A stretch of DNA of 64,000 bases from Nitrospirota bacterium (GTDB lineage Bacteria; Nitrospirota; Thermodesulfovibrionia; Thermodesulfovibrionales; UBA9159): positions 64,001 to 128,000 of the forward strand of contig CAVOUE010000009.1 in NCBI GenBank assembly GCA_963699545.1, in the 5' to 3' direction. The notes under the pieces were generated by a model, which was given only the letters and a program-made list of their open reading frames with translations, made no database searches and had not been told where the DNA came from. Every line of letters begins with the position of its first letter. Position 1 is the first letter of the stretch. Below are positions 20,134-29,257 of the stretch, one piece after another. A program made the translations under genes and the position numbers.

Positions 20134-20934
20134 ATGAAAAAATATCTCTTTTTCTTCTTCCTGGCCAACTTTGTCTTCATTCGCTATGCATACAGTCTCG
20201 AAAGCAATTACGATGTGGAGGGCCTCAAACCCCTGGCACCGTACGGCGTATTTTCAACCTTCAGCGCAGAAAGCCTCAAGAAGGGGAAAGCAGGCGTCGC
20301 CCTAGCAGCAGGGATATCGCTGGACCCTGATTACTACCGCTTCACCGGCCAGTTCGGTTACGGGATAACCGACAACCTTGAGGTTGATGTCACCGTACCC
20401 TACGTCTTAGACTGGAATGGCTCCGTGAATGGGCCTGGGGATATCGCATTAGGCCTAAAATACAGGTTCCTGGACGAGGGGAAATACGTCCCTTCCCTCG
20501 CACTTCTGGTGAGTGGATCCTTACATACGGGGAGAAGTGAATTCAGCACGGCAGGGAGCATCGGCGGAGGAATCATCATCACAAAACGGGTGGGGCCTGT
20601 CACTGCACATGCAAATCTTTTGTATTTCAGGCCGGGCAGCGGACCGTTGACGGAGGAAATCACCTTTGCCACTGGCCTCGATTTCGCTGCATCGAACAAC
20701 TTCAAAATACTGGCTGAACTGTACGGGCAGAAGAGTTATGCCGGGAAGGTGAACCGGCTCGAACTGCGTTTTGGGTACAGGATTCCTTACCACCGAATCT
20801 CTCTATACCACGATCGGTGCGGGTACTGACATCAAGAACAGGAGCCCCGAATTCCGTCTGTTTTTGTCCTTCAGCTATCTCTTTCCCTCCGGACGAGAAG
20901 AGAGATAAAAAAGATTATTGAGCAGGAGGACTAG
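20134..20934 (+). CDS. putative outer-membrane beta-barrel (MetA-pathway/transporter family), frameshifted near C-terminus
   Basis: Signal peptide, [20 protein letters not shown], alternating strands. Confidence 0.65.
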
Positions 20935-21265
20935 TGTTCGACTTGGCATTCAGGAACTCATCGTGATCTTTGTTGTGGCCCTCATCGTCTTCGGCCCCAA
21001 AAGGCTGCCGGAATTGGGGAAGACCCTCGGAAAGGGGATGCTGGAACTGCGAAAGGCCATGGAGGGCGTCAGGGAACAGATGCACGCGGAATCCGAGGAC
21101 CACCCATACCCCCGAAGGGGAGCCCTGCAAGGAAGAGAGAAAAAGATGAGGGAGGTGTCGAATCAGACTCGGCATACGCAGCACCCCGGAAGGCCCTCAT
21201 GGAGCCATGACGGACAAGAGACCGAAGGGGGTGTTTCCGCGGGTTCCGAGCGGGGAAAGGATTGA
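20934..21265 (+). CDS. tatA: twin-arginine translocase TatA/TatB subunit, frameshifted
   Basis: RBS AGGAGG plus [38 protein letters not shown]; true end uncertain. Confidence 0.85.
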
Positions 21266-21312
21266 CCATGCCCCTGATAAGGCGGGACAGGAGAGAAAGG
21301 AAGATACGGTAG

Positions 21313-22120
21313 ATGACAGATGAGAAGATGCCTTTCACAGAACACCTCACCGAACTTCAGAAAAAGAATCATTATTTCTCTTGTAGCGCTTCTTGCGGGT
21401 TTTCCGTCTCATTCAGTTATTCCGAAAATATTTTCGACGTGCTCACCCTACCCCTCAGGTCAGAGATAGGGCTTCAGCATGAGTACCCCTTCGTATCGCG
21501 TTCATCCCTGCTCAAGATAAAAAATCCGACTCTTGTATTCCTTGCTCCTGCAGAGGCATTCTGGATGCATCTGAAGGTCTCCTTTGTGGTAGGGCTCATG
21601 CTTGTCCTCCCCGTCATTCTCTATCAGTTATGGAAGTTTATTTCTCCGGGACTGCTCTGCAAAGGAAAGAAAGTATATCGGTCCGTTCGTGGTAAGCGCT
21701 CGCTTCTTTTTCTTGCAGGCGCTGCCTTTCTGCTTCTTCTTTGTCCTTCCCTTTGCCATGGGCTTTCTGCTGACCTACAAGATCGGCTCCATGACACCCA
21801 TGCTGTCTGTGGGTAATTATGTGGACTTCTGCCTGAAGTTCATCCTTGCCTTCGGCGCGGTGTTCGAACTTCCCATCGTCATCGTCTTTCTGACCCGTAT
21901 GGGCATCGTTACCCCAAAGACCCTCGCAAAGAACAGAAAATATGCGGTACTGCTCGCATTCATGGTCGCGGCTATACTCACGCCCACCCCTGATGCCTTC
22001 AACCAGACCCTTGATGGCCGTTCCTATCATCGTTCTCTACGAGGCCGGTATACTGGTATCAAGATTCTTCGTTGGTGCAAGAAAGGAGGAGACAGAAGAT
22101 GCCCAACGTCGAGGGCCCGT
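21313..22120 (+). CDS. tatC: TatC, several frameshifts
   Basis: MPFTEHLTEL, APAEAF, YQLWKFISPGL, FELP, AAILTPTPD, LYEAGI; end approximate. Confidence 0.92.
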
Positions 22121-22389
22121 AAGAGGGAAAAGCCTGAAGATCGATACCCAGCGATATATCCGAAGGATATACCACGGTCAATCCCCTCTTTCTGAAGCCC
22201 TTTGACGCTGAAACCCTCAAGGCACTCTACCAGGAGGTAATGAAAACCCAGGCGGAGATCCGTGGTGAAAGATTTCCCTACAGTGACGTGCAGTCCATTC
22301 GGTGGAGGAACCTGAGGCTCCAGAGACTTCACACGACAGCGATGATTATCAGGACCTATGCGCGAGACAAACGCATTCCTCTTATTTGA
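22099..22389 (+). CDS. small hypothetical protein, frameshifted
   Basis: RBS AGGAGG; reconstructed tail LKALYQEVMKTQAEIRGERFPYSDVQSIRWRNLRLQRL...IPLI*. Confidence 0.55.
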
Positions 22390-22430
22390 GCCCTATTTGA
22401 CACCTATGAAATCTGTGTTATTTTTGGGAC

Positions 22431-24070
22431 ATGGAAGTTTCCGAAGACATAAAGGCCGCAAAGGATGTCATTCAGGCGTTGCTGAAGGCAAAAAAGGCCG
22501 TCAGGATGTATCCTGAGAACAATCCCGTCTATAAGAAAACCATCGATGATACATTTTCGAGATTTGCAGACCTTTTCCATTACAGGGATGAACTCGAATC
22601 TGAAGATTAAACAGAATGAATATTTTTTGACGCCGAACAGGTCTACGCAAGTGCCGAGAAGGACGATAACCTCGCTCTCTTTTTCTTCAAGGACGGATCT
22701 GAGGGAATTGACGTTCAGGAAAGGGCTGTCCCAGCCAGAGATGGAGGAGTTCCTGAAGATCATCGCCCTTGACTTTGACCGAGAGGCGGTTGACGACGAT
22801 ATCGTCACGCTCTTATGGGAGAAGGATTTCCAGAACATAAAATATGTTGCTGATGACGCATTCCTTGTCGAGGATGAAGATTTTGAGAGGGCAGAAATAA
22901 ACCAGGTAAAAAGCAAAGCTGCGGAACCTGATGAGGTACTCAAGGCCTATGCCGCCGCATTCGAATCCGAGGATGTGCAAGGGAATCTCCATCGTGAACC
23001 TTACCGACAAGGATCTGCAGGTTCTCGTGAAAGAGATGGAAAAAGATACACTGGACAAGACAGGTAAGATATACCAGATACTGCTGGAGATGCTCTCCCA
23101 GGCAGAGACCGTTCCGGAATATGAGGACGTGCACAGCCTCCTCAGGGACGTATTCTTCTTATAGTCTCAAGCAAAAAAACCTAAGAATCGCTGTTGATAT
23201 CATGCAACAGACAAAGGCGTTGGCGGAAAGTCCTGTCTTTCGGACACCATTAAGCGCCAGATGAATCCTTCTGCTCGCATCCGTCAACTCTGAAGAATCA
23301 ATAAAGAGCCTGGGTGAGATGTTTGATTCGGACGCGGCCATCGATGAACAGGCAGTGAGTGAGTACACGGTGTTTCTTAACAGAACCTCCATCCCCCCTT
23401 TTATTTCGCTTCTGGGGGAACTGGAGAGTATTCATGGAAGAAAAATCGTCATTGACATACTCATTAACTTGGGCAAACATGACATTCAGGCTATTGCAAA
23501 GGGACTTCAAGACAACCGCTGGTTTGTGGTAAGGAACATTATTTATATCCTTCGCCATATAGGGGATAAAAAGGCGGTGGAATATCTGCTCGCCACCGCA
23601 AAACATACCGACGAACGGGTGAGGAAAGAGGCGATAAAGACGCTGGGAGACTTGAAGAACCCTCTCGCATTGCAGATTCTGAGAGACTGTCTCGATGACG
23701 CGGAACCGTCCATACGAAAATCCTGCGGTAAAGGCATTGGGGGCCATAGGTTCCGAGACCGCAAAACGGATAATCCTCGAAAGGGTCTCGGACAAGCCTT
23801 CAGGCACAGGATTTTGACGAAAAGAGGGACTTCTATGAGGTCTTGGCGCAATGGAATGATGCCGATGTAGTGGACTTCTTAAGAGGCACACTGAAAAAGA
23901 AAGCGCTTTTCGGAAAAGCGAATTGATGAGGAGAGGGCATGTGCTGCATACTGCCTTGGATTAATGGGGAGCAAAGACTCCCTCCCGTCCTTTCCAAGCT
24001 GAGGGATTCGAAGAATAAACTCTTGAGAGAGGTAGTGAGTGTCGCCATAAAGAAGATCGAGTATGGCTGA
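22431..24070 (+). CDS. HEAT-repeat protein, multiple frameshifts
   Basis: N-terminus MEVSEDIKAAK...MYPENNPVY; repeats DNRWFVVRN, DERVRKEAIKTLG, DAEPSIR; tail AIKKIEYG*. Confidence 0.8.
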
Positions 24071-25470
24071 TAGAGAAGATATCGAGATCGCGAGGAATTC
24101 GAAGGACATCATAAATCAGATCGCCGGTCATGATCCGGACGGCCCATGTTCATGATCCCGGCAATGTCGCGGTCCTGACCGCCATAGAGAGGCTCATTGC
24201 CACGGTCAATCCGCTGTAATCGGTCAGACAACAGGCTGACCCTTGAGCTCGTCGGAGAGTTCTTTTATTTGAACGAGGTAGCGGTCAGGTACTCCATGGA
24301 GTATCTCCTCAACTTCGATTTCCTTATCAGGGAATTCAAGAGGCGCGATCTCGGCAGTATCTCGATGACAGTCCGTTAACGCGGAGGATATGCAGCTCTT
24401 TGTGAAGGCCTTTCTTGAACGCACCCTTCTCCGACACTCCGTATGAGACCCTGTCGGAAGGCATCATGAACGTGGACTCCCTGACCGTCGGCCGGTTCAA
24501 GAAGGTCGAGGAAGAAGGGGAAGTTGACATGAGGAGACAGGTCAAGAGGACCTATTTCAACGCAGTTTCCTTTACCAAGGGCGTCATCAACAAGATCAAG
24601 TCGGGAGAGCGCGTCAGCATCAAGAAGGCAAAGAGGGTGGTGGAGTCGATGGTGGATATGATCCTTGAGGAAGAGGAACTCCTGGTCGGGATGACCGCCA
24701 TTAAAGACTATGACGAATACACCTATCACCATTCAGTGAATGTCAGCATCCTTTCCGTTGCCCTGGGACAGAGGATCGGCCTCAGCAGAAAGGCCCTTAC
24801 CGATCTCGGTCTGGTGGCCCTTTTCCATGACATCGGAAAGATGGAGGTTCCCCCCGAGATCCTGAATAAACCCACGAACTTCAATGATGCCGAATGGACG
24901 ATCGTCAAGAAACACCCCTTCTGGGGAGTAAGGGCCATTTTGAAACTCAAGGGACTTGATCCCACGTCCATACGGACCGCCATTGTCGCCTTTGAACACC
25001 ATCTGAACCCCGACATGTCAGGATACCCGAAGATATCCAGACCTCTTGAACTGGATTTTTATTCAAGGATCGTCAGTCTTGCCGACCAGTATGATGCGAT
25101 GACGTCTGCCCGGGTCTATTCGCGGATCCCCATGGCCCCTGACAAGGCCCTCAGCGTCATGATGGAACGGGCCGGTACACAGCTTGACCCTCTCATCTTC
25201 AAATTCTTCATAAATATGATCGGCGTATTTCCCATAGGCACTCTTGTTCTGCTGGACACTAAGGAACTCGGTCTTGTCTATGGAGGGAACACGATGTTCC
25301 AGGACAGACCCAGGGTCTTGATCATCATCGATAACACCGGCACCAGGGTCAAGGGGCATGTAGTGGACCTTACCGAAAAGGAGAGCTCCGGCATCAGGTA
25401 TCTGAGGACCATCGTAAAGACCATGGACCCGAACAAGTACCGGATAAACCTCGCGGAGTACATGCTGTAA
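24063..25470 (+). CDS. HD-GYP phosphodiesterase, N-terminal frameshifts
   Basis: YTYHHSVNV, FHDIGK, EHH...SGYP, ADQYDAMTS; start overlaps HEAT stop. Confidence 0.9.
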
Positions 25471-25661
25471 ATCATTCTGGGAATCACTGCCAAATTTCCC
25501 ATGTTTTGCCAGTCTTGCATTTAGTCCATAATACCGTAAAATACCATTTAGGCTAATTCATGCCCCTTAATATTGCAAGCTTTTTTCTCTTCACAAGCTC
25601 TGTGGAATTGTGATACCATGTGCCGATAGGGAGAAAACACCCGCAGGGTATGGTAATTGTT

Positions 25662-26477
25662 ATGCCAACTGATAATATGACAAATAATGACAAACGCAAA
25701 TCATTATTCGAACACTTCCTTGAAGAAGCAGAACGTACTCTGATTTCAACACTTGAACATAACAAAGATATTTTCCCCTCATATTCCACGCTAATTAATC
25801 GTTATCGCGCTGCAGCTCAACATGTTTTGCAGGATGGTTTTTCCGGTCTAAGTTCATTTCACGAAGTACATAATGAAGTCTGTACGGCCGCGGTGATTCT
25901 TGAAGAAGCAAGTGTTAAGAGAGTTGAATACGAACCCCAGATTAATAACTGCCAAAAGAAATTTGATTTCCATATATCAATGCCTGACGGCTTAGTGCGA
26001 ATTATGGAGGTCAAAACGATTCATCCCATCAGCAAAGACGACTGGGCCAAATTTGAGGCCGCCGATAAGAAAGGCTGGCTTCCCGATGATACCTATTTAT
26101 TGCTGAGCGAGGGAGGACTTGGCGGAGAGCTTTATCATAATTCATATGCCGCGCGAGGCAAAATGTTAGATTACACGATGGAAATGGAAGACAAAATAGA
26201 ATTGTGTTGCCAAAATTTAGAGAAAGAAGTAACTTTTCTCGTCTTCTTTACCGATGGCTTCGATTGGCATCTGGACGAACTTGAAGATTTTGTGTTCTTC
26301 TATCGTTCAGGCAGGCATTTCCCGGGTGATCCATTTGCGTTAATGGAGGATGATTTCATCAAGAAAAAAGGCATTGTTCTCAAAAAAGTAATTCGGTATT
26401 TTTCTTGCCTCCGCCGGCCTAAAACAGAACTAAAGCCGAATAAAATTGTTTGGAATGTTATTGCGTCAGGTGATTGA
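25662..26477 (+). CDS. hypothetical protein with PD-(D/E)XK nuclease-like motif
   Basis: HNE...YEP...FDF...MEVKT motif spacing; start uncertain. Confidence 0.6.
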   Translation: MPTDNMTNNDKRKSLFEHFLEEAERTLISTLEHNKDIFPSYSTLINRYRAAAQHVLQDGFSGLSSFHEVHNEVCTAAVILEEASVKRVEYEPQINNCQKKFDFHISMPDGLVRIMEVKTIHPISKDDWAKFEAADKKGWLPDDTYLLLSEGGLGGELYHNSYAARGKMLDYTMEMEDKIELCCQNLEKEVTFLVFFTDGFDWHLDELEDFVFFYRSGRHFPGDPFALMEDDFIKKKGIVLKKVIRYFSCLRRPKTELKPNKIVWNVIASGD

Positions 26478-26486
26478 GATAAAGAA

Positions 26487-27143
26487 ATGAAAGGCTGGGT
26501 CTACATCATAAGCAATAGGGCAATGCCTGGGATACTGAAGATCGGTTATTCTACCAAAGATCCAAAACTCCGCGCTGACGAACTTAATCATACAGGCTCA
26601 CCGCATCCATACGTTGTTGAATATGAAATGCTTATTGAAGAGCCGTATCAAATAGAACAGAGAATTCATAAGATGCTGTCTGCTGCTAAGGAAGGAAAAG
26701 AGTGGTTTCGATGTTCTGTAAAAGAAGCGATTGCAGCAATCAAAGAGATTGCAGCCACTTCATTTATCTATGAGCAATGCAGGACGGGGTTGACTGAAGA
26801 ACTTCAGGCGAGCTTAAATGAAGAACCCCAACCAATAAGCGAGCCGCAAGTTGTAGGCCGATGTCCTCAATGCCCTGGTGATGTAGTGTTAAAGACAATG
26901 GGAACATTGCAGTATCTGAAATGCACGAGATGCACCCAAGTGTTTTCAAAACACGACGAGCCCGAACAAAGCCCGATGGAAGAGCCTGAAGCAATCCCAT
27001 ATGCAAAGCCTGCGCCGATACTACCGCAACCAGTCGGTGATCGCTGTCCTCACTGTTCGGGCATGCTTTTTTCGAAGCAAATAAGTACATTGCAATACTT
27101 TAAGTGCGGGACATGTGCCAGCGTATTTCCAAAAGCAGGATAG
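26487..27143 (+). CDS. T5orf172/GIY-YIG domain protein with two C-terminal zinc ribbons
   Basis: GWVYIISN...LKIGYS...RADEL...EQRIH...KEWF; two CxxC-x16-CxxC repeats. Confidence 0.85.
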   Translation: MKGWVYIISNRAMPGILKIGYSTKDPKLRADELNHTGSPHPYVVEYEMLIEEPYQIEQRIHKMLSAAKEGKEWFRCSVKEAIAAIKEIAATSFIYEQCRTGLTEELQASLNEEPQPISEPQVVGRCPQCPGDVVLKTMGTLQYLKCTRCTQVFSKHDEPEQSPMEEPEAIPYAKPAPILPQPVGDRCPHCSGMLFSKQISTLQYFKCGTCASVFPKAG

Positions 27144-27162
27144 CCAAATATATAAAGAAAGG

Positions 27163-27252
27163 GCATAACACCAAGCTCGACGCCGACCGGGAATAGCCCT
27201 TGTGGTTTTTCGCAGCGGTGATTGCCCCGGCGCGTCAGCCATCTCATTCTCC
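27163..27252 (+). repeat. attC site with degenerate R' box
   Basis: R'' GCATAAC, 5-nt spacer, L'' GCTCGACG pairing with L' CGTCAGC via extra base at position 4, CCGGG/CCCGG inner stem, 6-nt spacer, ATT instead of GTT. Confidence 0.75.
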
Positions 27253-27406
27253 CGCTCGCTTCGCTCGCGGAAGAATGCGCAAAACTTGAGGAATATGAGG
27301 AATAAGTAGGGACACATCCCAATATCTTGTCTTTTCTCTTCGGTCTTCCAGCCGTTCTGAACGGCTGCCCCCACTTCCCTTTTTGTCAGAACCGGTTCCG
27401 CAGCTC

Positions 27407-27435
27407 TTGACTTATCATATTTGATAAGTTATTAT
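27407..27435 (+). promoter_or_regulatory. TA promoter with antitoxin operator
   Basis: TTGACT-17-TATTAT overlapping perfect inverted repeat ACTTATCA-TATT-TGATAAGT (27410..27429). Confidence 0.8.
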
Positions 27436-27443
27436 CTTTAATA

Positions 27444-27716
27444 ATGTGGCACATTAGAGAACGTCGCACTATTGGAAAGAGGTGCTTGAAGCTGCCATTA
27501 CATGTAGTCAAGAAGTACGAACTTTGGAAGAATATTGTTTTTCGTCACGGCCCCGAAAAATTGAAAGAGTTTCCCGGGTTTCATGATGAGAAACTGAAGG
27601 GCGAGCGCAGGGGGCAACGTTCATCGCGATTAAGCGACCAATACAGGGTTATCTATGCGGTAGACCAGGACATTGTTACCGTCCATGTTCTGGAAATAAC
27701 TCCACATGAATATTAG
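27444..27716 (+). CDS. higB: RelE/YoeB/HigB-superfamily toxin
   Basis: PGFHDEKLKGERRGQRSSRLSDQYRVIY; toxin-first order. Confidence 0.8.
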   Translation: MWHIRERRTIGKRCLKLPLHVVKKYELWKNIVFRHGPEKLKEFPGFHDEKLKGERRGQRSSRLSDQYRVIYAVDQDIVTVHVLEITPHEY

Positions 27717-27725
27717 GAGGGTCAA

Positions 27726-28001
27726 ATGAAATCATCTCATGGCACATTCACTGCAGCAAAAGCCCACGCTGTTTTATCAACAGGTGAGGTCATTCGCATG
27801 CTCCGCGAATTGAAAGGTTGGACTCAGGCCGAACTTGCGCGGCGATCCGGCATCACGGTGACGAACATTAGCCTCCTGGAAAATGAAAAGGTTGAAATTG
27901 GAAAAAAGCGTGCTAAACAGCTTGCGAAAGCATTTGATGTTCATCCCGCAATAATCATGTTTCCCGAATATGAAGCAAAAGAGATCGAAAAAGCCGCTTA
28001 A
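27726..28001 (+). CDS. higA: Xre-family HTH antitoxin
   Basis: LRELKGWTQAELARRSG...ISLLEN...LAKAFDVHP. Confidence 0.8.
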   Translation: MKSSHGTFTAAKAHAVLSTGEVIRMLRELKGWTQAELARRSGITVTNISLLENEKVEIGKKRAKQLAKAFDVHPAIIMFPEYEAKEIEKAA

Positions 28002-28033
28002 CCTGTACCTCGACCCGACGGCAAGTAGCCCTT
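27996..28033 (+). repeat. left half of a second, truncated attC
   Basis: GCTTAAC-CTGTA-CCTCGACCCGACGGCAAGTAGCCCTT parallels first attC GCATAAC-ACCAA-GCTCGACGCCGACCGGGAATAGCCCTT; overlaps antitoxin stop. Confidence 0.6.
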
Positions 28034-28046
28034 CCGATCTTCTTTT

Positions 28047-29207
28047 TTATCGTTCGCCCGATTGGTCACCCGCCTCTTGTCCGTACGCAACACACCGGTA
28101 AAGGTCCTTGCCCAGAGGATTGCCCATGAGCTCTGCCCGGTATCTGCAGCCGCCCCTGCACGTATCCCTCACCGCGCAGCGGCACTCAAGCTCATCCAGC
28201 GACACGGGCGTTATCCGGCTCCAGCAGACGCCAAGCCCTTCGTCGATGTTGCCCGCAGGAGCAGAACGGTAAAAAGCGCACTTTGCAACCATGCCGTCAG
28301 CCAGCACCGATGCGAGATGAAGTCCGCACGCGAAACCCTTACCTCCGCCGTGAAGACCCTCTCCAAAACCATATCCAAGATATCTTCCCGCCACATCCGG
28401 TTTAAGATAGAATGACGGATTATTCATCAGGTTCCCCTCGGCACAGGGGACGTCCACAGACCAGTCTTTTATGCGGAGGGTCCTGAAGAGCTTCTCCATC
28501 CCGTCGAATTCATCGAGGTTCTTCGAATGGATCATGGTGGATACGGAAACATCGAAACCGGCGTCCCGCGCAGTCTCAACGGCTTTCAGAGCCCGCTTGA
28601 ACGTCCCCGTTCCCCTGAGCGCATCATGCCCGCCTTCAAGCCCGTCAATACTCACCTGGATCTCATCCACTCCGAGACGCTTTACGCACTCCGCAGTGAG
28701 AAGGAGGCCGTTCGTAAAAAGGATCTTCCTGAACGCATACCCTGGAAGGAGTTCGTTGATTTCTGCGAAGTCACTGTGGAGAAGGGGCTCACCACCCGTG
28801 ATCAGGAGTCTCAACCCTTGCATCTTCTCAAACTCCGCAAGCACAGCCCTTATCTTCTTCGCGGGAAGCTCGACATTTTCAGGACGGCCGATATAGCAAT
28901 GTCTGCAACTGAGATTGCATTTCGTAGTTATCTGGAATTCGAGGTATCTCAGCGACGGAGCCGGGCTCTTCTCAACGGGCGGCCTTTTCGCCCTGACACT
29001 CTGGTCGGTCAGGATTCCTTCCCGCAATGTGTAGTCAAGGAATTCCCTGTCACATCCCTCAGATGAACAGCCTTCTTCATCAGCGCATCGCCGGAGGAAC
29101 GCGAAGGCTGGCCGATCAAGCTCATAGAGTTCATCAGACCACATGTTATAGACGCAGAGATGCTCAAGCTGCTTCAGTGCACAGTGCGGGGAAAGAAAAT
29201 ATCGCAT
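28047..29207 (-). CDS. radical SAM/SPASM protein
   Basis: CNLSCRHC, TGGEP, Cys-rich C-terminus CG...AKC...CRC...CRGGCR. Confidence 0.9.
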   Translation of the reverse strand: MRYFLSPHCALKQLEHLCVYNMWSDELYELDRPAFAFLRRCADEEGCSSEGCDREFLDYTLREGILTDQSVRAKRPPVEKSPAPSLRYLEFQITTKCNLSCRHCYIGRPENVELPAKKIRAVLAEFEKMQGLRLLITGGEPLLHSDFAEINELLPGYAFRKILFTNGLLLTAECVKRLGVDEIQVSIDGLEGGHDALRGTGTFKRALKAVETARDAGFDVSVSTMIHSKNLDEFDGMEKLFRTLRIKDWSVDVPCAEGNLMNNPSFYLKPDVAGRYLGYGFGEGLHGGGKGFACGLHLASVLADGMVAKCAFYRSAPAGNIDEGLGVCWSRITPVSLDELECRCAVRDTCRGGCRYRAELMGNPLGKDLYRCVAYGQEAGDQSGER

Positions 29208-29257
29208 AGTTTATTATAGCTCACAGGTCTCATGGCGTTTCATGGTAAAATCCCCCT

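Larger units (their letters stand above)
25659..27252 (+). mobile_element. integron gene cassette carrying two genes; no integrase in window
   Basis: Starts at GTTATGC (25659..25665), exact complement of R'' GCATAAC (27163..27169) of the downstream attC; AT-richer than flanks. Confidence 0.75.
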
